Below are positions 19,543 through 28,116 of a DNA stretch of 64,000 bases, piece by piece. The position numbers and the translations under genes are program-made. The DNA comes from Acidimicrobiaceae bacterium (GTDB lineage: Bacteria; Actinomycetota; Acidimicrobiia; Acidimicrobiales; RAAP-2). The notes under the pieces were generated by a model. That model ran no database searches. It was not told the origin of the DNA and saw only the letters and a list, made by a program, of their open reading frames with translations. The first letter of the stretch is position 1. Each line of letters opens with the position of its first letter. Location: contig PMFA01000029.1 in assembly GCA_003155915.1 (NCBI GenBank), forward strand, positions 2,717 through 66,716, written 5' to 3'.

Positions 19543-20438
19543 GACGCTCGGTACTCGACCGCGCCTTCGGTCAATTCCATGAACGCGTCTTCGAGTGAGG
19601 AGAGATCGGTTAACTCGTAGAGGGCATTTTGCTGTTCGAGGGCCAGTTCACCGATGGCCTCCGCACTTAGGTTCATCACAGTGAGGCACGAGTTCGGTTC
19701 TCTCAACGTGAGCGCTCCGGCGTCCTCGAGAGCCGGAATCAATAGATCCAGGTTGGCCGCGCGCACTTTGAACGACTGTTTGGAACTGCACGCGACGAAG
19801 TCGTCAACGGAGAGTTCTGCGATAAGGCGCCCCTTACCGATGAGGACTAACTGGTCGGCGGTGCGCGCCATTTCGGCCATCAAGTGACTCGAAATAAGCA
19901 CCGTGCGGCCTTCGGCGGCGAGATCGCGGCAGAGGGATCGCGTCCAGCGAATGCCTTCGGGATCGAGGCCATTCACAGGTTCATCAAGCAAGATGACCGC
20001 TGGGTCACCCAGCAAGGCGCCGGCGATGCCGAGCCGCTGACCCATTCCCAGCGAAAACTTGCCGACCCGTCGTTTGGCGACCGAGGTGAGTCCGACCAGC
20101 TCCAGGACCTCATCGACACGCGATTTCGTGATGCCGCCGTATTGGGCGAGCGACCAAAGGTGAGCGTACGCCGAGCGACCAGGGTGAATAGCGCGTGCTT
20201 CGAGCAACCCACCGACTTCGCGCATCGGCCAGCGAAGATCCTTGTACTTTTTGCCGGAGATTGTGACTGAGCCCGAGTTGGGATGATTGAGGCCCATAAT
20301 CATCGACATCGTCGTGGACTTTCCCGATCCGTTCGGACCAAGGAATCCAGTTACTTGCCCTGGTGCGACGTCAAAAGAAAGGTCGTCGACGGCGACAACA
20401 TCACCGAAACGCTTCGTGAGTCCGCGAACCTTAATCAC
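19539..20438 (-). CDS. ABC transporter ATP-binding protein (ABC-2/exporter type)
   Basis: Walker A GPNGSGKST, signature FSLGMGQRL, Walker B ILLDEP, H-loop SSHLM. Confidence 0.92.
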   Translation of the reverse strand: MIKVRGLTKRFGDVVAVDDLSFDVAPGQVTGFLGPNGSGKSTTMSMIMGLNHPNSGSVTISGKKYKDLRWPMREVGGLLEARAIHPGRSAYAHLWSLAQYGGITKSRVDEVLELVGLTSVAKRRVGKFSLGMGQRLGIAGALLGDPAVILLDEPVNGLDPEGIRWTRSLCRDLAAEGRTVLISSHLMAEMARTADQLVLIGKGRLIAELSVDDFVACSSKQSFKVRAANLDLLIPALEDAGALTLREPNSCLTVMNLSAEAIGELALEQQNALYELTDLSSLEDAFMELTEGAVEYRAS

Positions 20439-20707
20439 CCGACGACCTTAAGTGGCTCAGATAACAAGAGCATGCAGACCTCATAAGAATGACTAAATTC
20501 TACGCGCCATCGACTTCAACCGTGTCAGGACTCACGACGCCACGCAATCCAATTCACGCAGACACCTACTCGATGAACGCTCTCACACGACGTTGTCATG
20601 CAGATGTAACTATGACCCACGCGACGGGGAATGTCGACGTACCGATCACCGATTCGCGTGCCCTCGATCACGCACGATACAGGGAACAAATGGGCGCCGT
20701 CGACGCT

Positions 20708-21550
20708 TCACGCCAGCGCCGAGGGGTCAAAAGCCTCTTCGACGTCATTGAGTGAGACCACCATCGTGGGTCGGACGAGTTGATGCGAATCCTTAGCGAG
20801 TCGCACCACGGTGCCCCAGACCGCGAAGCCCACCGCGTGAGTGGCGAAGCTCATTGGACCTTCCACCAGTTTCACCTCGACAACACCACTACCCTTGAGC
20901 GCCAACGCGTCACTCTGCATTCGTTCCATGGCCGTCTCACGAGCCGAGTACATCGCCTCGGTGAAGTTCTTCAACTCGACGTTTTGGGACTGCTGTTGCA
21001 GCACCGTACCCACCGTGCGACGGGGGGCGTAGACGAAACTTGCCCCGGTCGCCAGACCGAGAGGTTGCCATCCGGCCACCATCAACATCGTGAAGTCGCG
21101 CGCCGATAAGTCCGAGACGAAGACGGCACTCGCGTCCACCGCTTTCGCACCCACCGGGCGAACGGCCGTGCCGAGCAGGGAGATCTCGATATGGGTGGAG
21201 TACACGCGTCGCTCAACGTGCACGCCCACGACACCGTGACCTCCGGCCATGGCGGCCTCGCCGTGGATGCGCTTGATGGCGTACTTGAATGCCTGTTCGT
21301 GCGCCTCACCGGCGGCGACTATCTCTCCCTGACCCCAGTTCCACAGTCCCGCCGGCGTGGAAAAGACCGACAGACCACTGACGAGTTGGACGGGCTCCCA
21401 ACCAATGGAGTGCAGGTTCAGTTCCTCGTCGATCGAAAGGTCCGACGTGGTCGAACCCGCGTCGGGCGCATTTTCTTTTAGTGAGGCGACGGCTCGACGT
21501 ACTTCGGCTTTGGCGTCGGGAGCGCTCGTCGGGTGCTGTGCGTTCGTCAC
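20708..21550 (-). CDS. tandem YbjQ/UPF0145-like (putative heavy-metal-binding, PF01906-like) domain protein, paralogue C
   Basis: 280 aa with a GTG start overlapping the upstream stop (GTGA). Two repeats each end in the ...GVVGV/GVVEV...GTAV-type core. The second repeat carries QNVELKNFTEAMYSARETAMERM, matching paralogue A. Confidence 0.7.
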   Translation of the reverse strand: MTNAQHPTSAPDAKAEVRRAVASLKENAPDAGSTTSDLSIDEELNLHSIGWEPVQLVSGLSVFSTPAGLWNWGQGEIVAAGEAHEQAFKYAIKRIHGEAAMAGGHGVVGVHVERRVYSTHIEISLLGTAVRPVGAKAVDASAVFVSDLSARDFTMLMVAGWQPLGLATGASFVYAPRRTVGTVLQQQSQNVELKNFTEAMYSARETAMERMQSDALALKGSGVVEVKLVEGPMSFATHAVGFAVWGTVVRLAKDSHQLVRPTMVVSLNDVEEAFDPSALA

Positions 21551-22434
21551 GAGAGTCGTACCGTTGGTTTGGGAACCGGCAATGGGTCAAAACCCTTGTA
21601 GCGCCGAATGCGATTGCCGCGCAGTACTGCTTCGACCTCCAGGTCCCCCTTCTCGAACTCTCGTTCACTGAGTTGCAAGTCCGCGCCGTGCAGCGCGTCG
21701 CCGTGGAGTTGATCGCGCGCCGACGTGCGTACCATGAAGCGCGCTTGAGACATCGCGGTGACGATCTGTTCGATCTCGGTGGGGCTCGTCGAGTTTGACC
21801 ACATGCCCATACCTTCCATCAGGTACTCGGTGACGCAGGACGCCCACACCCGGATTGATGAGACGGACGCGACAATCGACACCGGCACGTAGCCCGCTTC
21901 GAAGACCTTCGCGAGACGCTGCCCGGCCAGATACGTGCTCCAGGGCGTTGACGCCGCCGCCGGCGTGTCCAGCACCTTCACGGCCGTACCCGACATGTGA
22001 AACTCGGTCACGTTGGCGTCGGTCAGACGGCTCACCGTATCGACGACACCCACGACGCCGTGCGCGCCGAGCTCAGTCGCTTCTTCAAGCATGCGCGAGT
22101 ACGAACTCGTGAAGCCTTCGTTCCACGCACTTTCGACCCACGTTTGTTGGTAGTTCTGGCCCCACATTCGATGTTCGCCAGCGATCATGCCGTGGGGACA
22201 CTGATAGTTCTGTACGTAGCCGCCCTGGGATCCTCCGTAGGGCGAGAGGCCTCGAGAGAGTCCCATCATCGAGTACACGCCCTGTTGCATCGCGCAGAAT
22301 CCTTGCACGAGCCCCACGGGCTCGAGACCCAACTCCAGGCACGCCGCGAAGTCCGACACGCTGAGCCCCGAAGAGAACGCGCCGGCACTGAGCCGGCGCT
22401 CCGCCGCTTCGGGTAGGTCGCTCGGCGGCGTCAT
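21547..22434 (-). CDS. tandem YbjQ/UPF0145-like domain protein, divergent paralogue B
   Basis: The true start is the ATG at 22434, overlapping the upstream stop (TAATG). The longer track ORF to 22734 is a shadow extension through gene A. The first repeat retains LEEATELGAHGVVGV...SGTAVKV but holds a ~35-aa insertion. The second repeat is strongly degenerated. Confidence 0.65.
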   Translation of the reverse strand: MTPPSDLPEAAERRLSAGAFSSGLSVSDFAACLELGLEPVGLVQGFCAMQQGVYSMMGLSRGLSPYGGSQGGYVQNYQCPHGMIAGEHRMWGQNYQQTWVESAWNEGFTSSYSRMLEEATELGAHGVVGVVDTVSRLTDANVTEFHMSGTAVKVLDTPAAASTPWSTYLAGQRLAKVFEAGYVPVSIVASVSSIRVWASCVTEYLMEGMGMWSNSTSPTEIEQIVTAMSQARFMVRTSARDQLHGDALHGADLQLSEREFEKGDLEVEAVLRGNRIRRYKGFDPLPVPKPTVRLS

Positions 22435-23231
22435 TAGTTGTCGAGCGTGATGATCGTCGTGGGCTTGGCCAGGGTGACCTCGTCCGAGGTCTTCAAGACG
22501 GCGGTGCCGAGTGAGAGGAACTCGATGGTGTGCGAACCCCACTGGTGCGACTTCTCTTCGAGGCGAACGCCCACGATGCCCGTAGCGCTCAGTCGTGTGG
22601 CCTCGTCTTGCATGCGCGTCATGGCCAGTTCTCGCGCTTCGTAGAGCGCCTGAGTGAAGTTCGGCAGCTCCACGTTCTGACCCGTCGTCCCCAGTGTCTG
22701 GCCGATGCCGCGGTGCGCGATGTGGTACACGCACGTGCCCATCACGAGACCTTGAGGGAAGTAGCCCGTCTGCAGCAGTGTCCAGAAATCCTGGCCCGAG
22801 AGGTCCGACGTGAAGGGCTTACCTAGTTTGTTGAGGCGCGACACGCCGTCCTCGGCCTTCACGGCGGTCCCGACCGCAATGAACTCCGCGGCGTCCTTGC
22901 CCCAGTCGTAGTAGTTGACCGTCAAGCGTACGCCCACGACACCGTCGGCACCCAGTTCGGCCGCCTCTTCTTCCATTCGCGTCATGGCGAGTTCACGCGC
23001 GTTGTACATCGCCTCGGTGAGCTTCGTCAACTCCAGACTCTGTCCCCACTTACGCGTTTGAATGCCGGTGTGATAGATCGACGACCCCATCACAAAACCG
23101 GCGGGGTGAAAGCCCACCTCCTTGATCAAGAGGAACTCATTGACCGAGAGATCCGAGGTGAAGAGACCTTTCTCCAACTCCTCGAGTCGATGGCCCGTCG
23201 CTTGGGGTAGATCGTTCGTTACGTCGCTCAC
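22434..23231 (-). CDS. tandem YbjQ/UPF0145-like domain protein, paralogue A
   Basis: 265 aa with an obvious internal duplication. Repeat 1: FTSDLSVNEFLLIKEVGFHPAGFVMG...TEAMYNARELAMTRMEEEAAELGADGVVGVRL...AVGTAV. Repeat 2: FTSDLSGQDFWTLLQTGYFPQGLVMG...TQALYEARELAMTRMQDEATRLSATGIVGVRL...SLGTAV. The core resembles single-domain YbjQ proteins (A.E.A...M...A..LGA.AVVGV....GTAV). Confidence 0.75.
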   Translation of the reverse strand: MSDVTNDLPQATGHRLEELEKGLFTSDLSVNEFLLIKEVGFHPAGFVMGSSIYHTGIQTRKWGQSLELTKLTEAMYNARELAMTRMEEEAAELGADGVVGVRLTVNYYDWGKDAAEFIAVGTAVKAEDGVSRLNKLGKPFTSDLSGQDFWTLLQTGYFPQGLVMGTCVYHIAHRGIGQTLGTTGQNVELPNFTQALYEARELAMTRMQDEATRLSATGIVGVRLEEKSHQWGSHTIEFLSLGTAVLKTSDEVTLAKPTTIITLDN

Positions 23232-23629
23232 GTGTTGCCTCCTATGACAAGGTTTTCGAGGGCCTGTCGAGCCGTGTCACTGTGGGCCGCTTCGGCCTGG
23301 AGTGCCCCGAGAAGTTTGACGATCCATACGTTGACGTCAACGTTTTCGTTACGGATGCGAATCCCGCCCGAGAAGTGTCCGACCGTGCAGCGAAGGTCCG
23401 ACCCATCGATCACCGCCTCGAACTGGTCACTGGCCATAGTGATCTGCACCGAGGAGATGGCTTCGGACTTCTTGAATCGACTGCCGCCGCGCTGGACGCG
23501 CAAGCGATCGCCGAGCGTGTCGGAGAGCTCTTCACAGAGCGCCTTCAAGAGGAGTCGAAGGTCGGTGCTGTTCGAGCGAAGCATCGCCGCCGCCATGTTG
23601 AGGTCGTACGAGTCGTCCATCGAAGTCAT
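23228..23629 (-). CDS. hypothetical protein, first cistron of the YbjQ-like operon
   Basis: Same frame as track ORF 23228..23689. The ATG at 23629 is preceded by AAGGTGG. 133 aa (MTSMDDSYDLNMAAAMLRSN...) with no motif I recognise. Its stop overlaps the start of paralogue A (GTGA). Confidence 0.55.
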   Translation of the reverse strand: MTSMDDSYDLNMAAAMLRSNSTDLRLLLKALCEELSDTLGDRLRVQRGGSRFKKSEAISSVQITMASDQFEAVIDGSDLRCTVGHFSGGIRIRNENVDVNVWIVKLLGALQAEAAHSDTARQALENLVIGGNT

Positions 23630-23821
23630 TAGTGGCCACCTTACAGGGAACACTTTTCCCTGTTCTCTGTGCCGTATCGCTCGCCGCACTCGCCGGCCGG
23701 CGCACCAAGATTAAGTTGCGTTACGTGAATCCGTTGAGCTCCTCGGTACTGTTTCGACGACTAAGTGCCCAGCCAACGAACACGTCGTCGCCTCCTTCCC
23801 ACGAGATGACGGAGTGAAGTC

Positions 23822-24631
23822 GTGACCGACGGACCAGACCACAATGACTTCGTCACTGAGTGGGAGCATTGGCATCACGACCACGAGCGTCAACTCGCCA
23901 GTCCGCACGGGTTCCTCGCGATCAGCGGTTTGCATTGGCTAGGTCTCGAGCCCGAACGTTTTGATGACGTGCCCGGTGTGTGGCGGCGCGATGCCAAAGG
24001 TGTCGAGGTGCTACTCGGCGACGGCGAGGAGCTCGTCGTCGAAGGCTCGCGCGTCACTGGGCACTATCACTTCAACAACGTCGACGAGCACGGGCAACGT
24101 GCCAGTTTCGGTGACGCGATGGTCGAAGTGGCGCAGCGCGACGGCGACTTCATGATCCGCCCGCGTCACCCCGATCACGAAAATCGCACTCGTTACGTCG
24201 GTACTCCGACGTACCCCGCAAGCACCGAATGGGTCGCCCGTGGAACATTCCTTCCCTACGACGAACCTCATTCCGTCACGGTTGGTGCGAGCGTTGAGGG
24301 TCTGGCGCACGTTTTCGAATCATCAGGCGAAGTCGAATTCGAACTGTTGGGACAGACTTTGCGACTCATCGCCTTCAACGAAGAACAGTCCGATGAACTC
24401 TCATTCATTTTCACCGACTTGACCTCTGGTGTGACCACATACCCGGCGTGCCGGTTCCTCACCGTTGTCGGTCCGCGAGAGAACGGAAGAGTCGATTTGG
24501 ACTTCAATCGCGCGACGAATCCAGCGTGCGCCTACACCGATTTCGCGACGTGCCCACTACCTCCGCCAGGAAACCACTTATCAGTGCGGGTGGAAGCCGG
24601 CGAAACGATGCCCCTTGAGTCGCATTCGTAG
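23822..24631 (+). CDS. DUF1684 domain-containing protein
   Basis: 269-aa ORF. The C-terminal NRATNPACAYTDFATCPLPPPGNHLSVRVEAGE matches the conserved DUF1684 C-terminal signature as I remember it. Confidence 0.75.
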   Translation: MTDGPDHNDFVTEWEHWHHDHERQLASPHGFLAISGLHWLGLEPERFDDVPGVWRRDAKGVEVLLGDGEELVVEGSRVTGHYHFNNVDEHGQRASFGDAMVEVAQRDGDFMIRPRHPDHENRTRYVGTPTYPASTEWVARGTFLPYDEPHSVTVGASVEGLAHVFESSGEVEFELLGQTLRLIAFNEEQSDELSFIFTDLTSGVTTYPACRFLTVVGPRENGRVDLDFNRATNPACAYTDFATCPLPPPGNHLSVRVEAGETMPLESHS

Positions 24632-25195
24632 TTCCGAGCTGACCTTGAGATGCCGAGAGCGCGCGTCAATTTGAAAGTGTGACACCTGGCAACAATCGAA
24701 CATCCGTCGACGTCGAGGTCAAGGTTCAGGGCGTGAAGGCCATCGTGAGGTTCATGATTGCCATAGCTCTCATACTCGTCGCTCTCGTCGTTTTCATCAG
24801 ATCGGGCCGGTGGCATCACTCTGATCGCACCACTCTCACTCCGAGTCAGAAGGTGACGTAGCTCGCGATTGAGAAGACGCTGACAACGTCCGGATCGCAG
24901 GTTCCGCGCGGACTCGTCGGCGTTCTTTCGAAGGACCGGCAACGTCTTGGCGAGGATGGACGGCGAAAGCACACTTCTCAACACGTGGTGGAACCAGCAC
25001 TGCACCGATCCACTGATGGAGGCGCCCGCGTCGGCCAGCCACGTAGGGTCGGGCATCGACTCACGTGCGACGTTCACGCACTATCCCAAGGACGTCGTCC
25101 ACGTCGAGTACTTCTTGAAACTCAGAGCGTGACCGCAGTGCGTCGAAAATACGTCAGCAGAACTTCACTCGTTTGACGTGTGCCAGTCGGGTGAA

Positions 25196-25918
25196 TCAGC
25201 CCATCACCGTGGCGTACGCGATGGTGTCGGTCCCGCTCGGTGCCTGTTCGACGACATTCTCGCCCCACTTGGAAAAGGTCGTCGTTCCCCCACCCGTAGA
25301 GCCGGTGATGACTTCCTTGACGGGAAGGGTCTTGGACCCCGAGGAGATCGTCAAGACGCTCTTCGTCGCCGAAGTCGTGCTCGACGCCGCGGTCTTCCAG
25401 GTCAGTTGATAGTCCTTGGCACCGTCGCTGCTGACCTTGTACTTCGTGCCCTTGGCCGTCGGCATGATCCCCTTGAGGACCGAGGTCGTGAGATTGGAGT
25501 GGAAGCTGGTGTAGGGAGTCGTCCCGGACTTCATCACGACCGAACGCGTGCCGACCTTCTTCTGCTCGGCCGCGGTGAGACCCATGATCGTCGTGAGACC
25601 GGTCGGGCTGCCGCTCAGGAACGCGTCGGTCGGGGTGACCACGATCTTCACGGAGTTCTTGCCCGATTGAATCGTCTCTTCGCCGTAGTTGGCGCCAATG
25701 TCGACGACCACGACGCTGGACTGCGTGCCGGTCTTCGACGTGACGTAGATGTGGACCCCGGAGACCTTGGCCATGGCCTTGAGCGTGGCCTTAAGGACCG
25801 ACTTTGTCGTCGGATCCTTCACCGAGGCCTGAGCCGCAATCGGCGTGACGGCCAGCACCAGTGTGGCGCCCAGGGCGAGGGAGATGAGTTGGAGGCGGCG
25901 ACGGGGTGAAAAGGACAT
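25196..25918 (-). CDS. secreted protein of unknown function
   Basis: 240-aa ORF with the signal peptide MSFSPRRRLQLISLALGATLVLAVTPIAAQA. The mature part is Thr/Ser/Lys-rich and I recognise no catalytic motif. Confidence 0.6.
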   Translation of the reverse strand: MSFSPRRRLQLISLALGATLVLAVTPIAAQASVKDPTTKSVLKATLKAMAKVSGVHIYVTSKTGTQSSVVVVDIGANYGEETIQSGKNSVKIVVTPTDAFLSGSPTGLTTIMGLTAAEQKKVGTRSVVMKSGTTPYTSFHSNLTTSVLKGIMPTAKGTKYKVSSDGAKDYQLTWKTAASSTTSATKSVLTISSGSKTLPVKEVITGSTGGGTTTFSKWGENVVEQAPSGTDTIAYATVMG

Positions 25919-26032
25919 GGTACAGAGCCTACGGTGAAAAAGGAGTTCGATTCGTTCACGCGACGCCCGGCGTCGCCTCGACCACGCAATTCTCTAGTGA
26001 ATGAGCGGAACCTATGCTGACGCCAGGACAGA

Positions 26033-27688
26033 ATGTCCGGAGGTGACCAGATGACCCCGTCGGCCTACGACCAATGGCTTGCACTGTATGAAGCGTCCGC
26101 CAAGCGTGACGCGGTGTTCGCGACGATGTCCGGGGTCCCGCTGGACGCGGTCTACGGAGCGGAGGACGGAGAGTTCCCCGGTCTGTTCCCCTACACCCGT
26201 GGGGTGCACGCCTCCATGTACCGGTCGCGGCTCTGGACCATGCGAATGTTCGCCGGCTTCGGCACTGCAGTCGACACGAACCAGCGCTTCAAGGAGATCA
26301 TCGCCGCCGGCGGTCAGGGCCTCTCCACGGCCTTTGACATGCCGACGCTGTTGGGGCTGGACTCCGATGACCCGATGGCCCTGGGCGAGGTCGGACGCTG
26401 CGGCGTGGCGATCGACAGTCTTTCGGACATGCGCGACCTCTTCAAAGACATCGACTTAGGCACCATCACGACGTCCATGACCATCAACTCCCCGGCCGCG
26501 GTGATGCTGGCGCTCTTCGTCGCCCAAGCCGAAGAGTCGGGCGTGGCGCGCAGCCAGCTCGGCGGCACGTTGCAGAACGACATCTTGAAGGAGTACCAAG
26601 CCCAGAAGGAGTTCGTCTTCCCGCCGCGCCAGTCCATGCGACTCGTGCGCGACACCATTGCCTTCACCGCCGCCGAGATGCCCAAGTGGAACTCGATCTC
26701 AGTCTCGGGGTATCACATTCGAGAGGCCGGGTCGACGGCCGCCGAAGAGCTCGCCTTCACACTGGCCAACGGATTCGCCTACGTCGAACTCGCGCGCCAA
26801 GCCGGTCTCTCGGTCGATGAGGTCGCGCCACGGCTCTCGTTCTTCTTCAACGCCCACATCGACTTCTTCGAAGAGATCGCCAAGTACCGAGCGGCGAGGC
26901 GACTGTGGGCGACGTGGATGAAGGACCACTACGGCGCGAGAAACGAACTCAGTTGGAAGCTCCGTTTCCACACCCAAACCGCCGGGGTCTCACTGACCGC
27001 CCAACAGCCCGAGGTCAACATCGCGCGCACCGCGATCGAGGCCCTCGCGGGCGTCCTGGGCGGCACCCAGTCGCTCCACACGAACTCCATGGACGAGGCC
27101 CTGGCCCTGCCGTCGGAGAAGGCGGCGCGAATCGCGCTGCGCACCCAGCAGGTGATCGCGCACGAGACCAACGTCACCAACGTCGCCGATCCACTTGGCG
27201 GTTCGTGGTTCGTCGAATCACTGACCGACGAGATGGCCGCTCAGGCCGAAGCGATCTTCGCCGAGATCTCAGCCATGGGTGAGGGCTCGATGCTCGAAGG
27301 CTGCATCAAGGGCATTGAAGAGAACTGGTTCCAGGGTCGCATCGCCGAGTCGGCCTACAACTTGGAGCGCTCGTTCAACCGGGGCACGCGCGTCATCGTC
27401 GGCGTGAACGACTTCACCGAGGGCAACGACGACGCGGACTTAGAGATTCTTCGCATCACCAACGAAGACGAACGCAAGCAGGTCGCTCGCCTCAATGACG
27501 TTCGCGGCGCTCGCGACGATGCGAAAGTATTGCTGGCCTTGGAAGAGTTGACCAGAGACGCGCTCGATCCCGAAGTGAATCTGATGCCGGCCTTGATCAA
27601 CGCGAGCCGCGCCGACGTCACCGTCGGCGAGATGATGGGCGCCATGGAGAAGGTCTTCGGTCGCCACATCGAGGTGCCGACGCTATGA
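26033..27688 (+). CDS. icmA: B12-dependent acyl-CoA mutase large (substrate-binding) subunit, isobutyryl-CoA mutase-like
   Basis: 551-aa TIM-barrel mutase domain with [27 protein letters not shown] and [15 protein letters not shown]. Phe and Gln occupy the positions that are Tyr and Arg in methylmalonyl-CoA mutase. Confidence 0.8.
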   Translation: MSGGDQMTPSAYDQWLALYEASAKRDAVFATMSGVPLDAVYGAEDGEFPGLFPYTRGVHASMYRSRLWTMRMFAGFGTAVDTNQRFKEIIAAGGQGLSTAFDMPTLLGLDSDDPMALGEVGRCGVAIDSLSDMRDLFKDIDLGTITTSMTINSPAAVMLALFVAQAEESGVARSQLGGTLQNDILKEYQAQKEFVFPPRQSMRLVRDTIAFTAAEMPKWNSISVSGYHIREAGSTAAEELAFTLANGFAYVELARQAGLSVDEVAPRLSFFFNAHIDFFEEIAKYRAARRLWATWMKDHYGARNELSWKLRFHTQTAGVSLTAQQPEVNIARTAIEALAGVLGGTQSLHTNSMDEALALPSEKAARIALRTQQVIAHETNVTNVADPLGGSWFVESLTDEMAAQAEAIFAEISAMGEGSMLEGCIKGIEENWFQGRIAESAYNLERSFNRGTRVIVGVNDFTEGNDDADLEILRITNEDERKQVARLNDVRGARDDAKVLLALEELTRDALDPEVNLMPALINASRADVTVGEMMGAMEKVFGRHIEVPTL

Positions 27689-28080
27689 CCGTCCGGGTCC
27701 TGGTCGCCAAAGTCGGTCTCGACGGACACGACCGCGGCATCAAAGTCGTCGCGCGACTACTGCGCGACGCGGGCATGGAGGTCGTCTACACCGGACTCTT
27801 CCAGACGCCCGAGACGGTGGCGATCGCGGCCATTCAAGAAGACGTCGACGTCGTCGGCCTCTCGATGCTGTCCGGGGCACATTTGACCCTGGCGCCAATG
27901 GTCGTCGAGGCACTTCGATCGAAGGGGTCCGACATCCCGGTCATCGTCGGTGGCATCGTGCCGAACAACGATCTCGAGGACATGCGCGCGGCCGGCGTGG
28001 CGGCGGTCTTCGGTCCCGGCGCGAGCGCCGAGGAGATGGTCGCGTCAATCAATGAAGTGGTGGCACGGGCCAGCTCGTAA
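27685..28080 (+). CDS. icmB: acyl-CoA mutase small subunit (cobalamin-binding domain)
   Basis: 131 aa with the B12-binding DxHxxG motif ([12 protein letters not shown]). Its start overlaps the large-subunit stop by 4 nt. Confidence 0.82.
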   Translation: MTVRVLVAKVGLDGHDRGIKVVARLLRDAGMEVVYTGLFQTPETVAIAAIQEDVDVVGLSMLSGAHLTLAPMVVEALRSKGSDIPVIVGGIVPNNDLEDMRAAGVAAVFGPGASAEEMVASINEVVARASS

Positions 28081-28116
28081 GTCCCGCGTCGAGCGGAGGA
28101 GTCGACGCCCACGTCG

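Noticed and set aside
22435-22734. Upstream 100-aa extension of paralogue B (track ORF 21547..22734).
   Set aside because: It runs out of frame through the 3' end of paralogue A. The extension is Arg/His/Gly-rich (MRVPHRAPRHRPDTGDDGSERGAA...). The TAATG stop/start overlap at 22434 gives a sensible N-terminus.
24532-25077. 181-aa minus-strand ORF considered as a gene.
   Set aside because: It overlaps the DUF1684 3' end by 100 nt and has no RBS. An in-frame stop lies two codons upstream of the GTG, and I recognise no motifs. It is reported only as part of an unexplained interval.
28086-28108. Hairpin GCGTCGA-N9-TCGACGC between the convergent icmB and DUF1501 genes, considered as a terminator.
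   Set aside because: The stem is only 7 bp and there is no T-tract on either side. I cannot distinguish it from a chance GC-rich inverted repeat.
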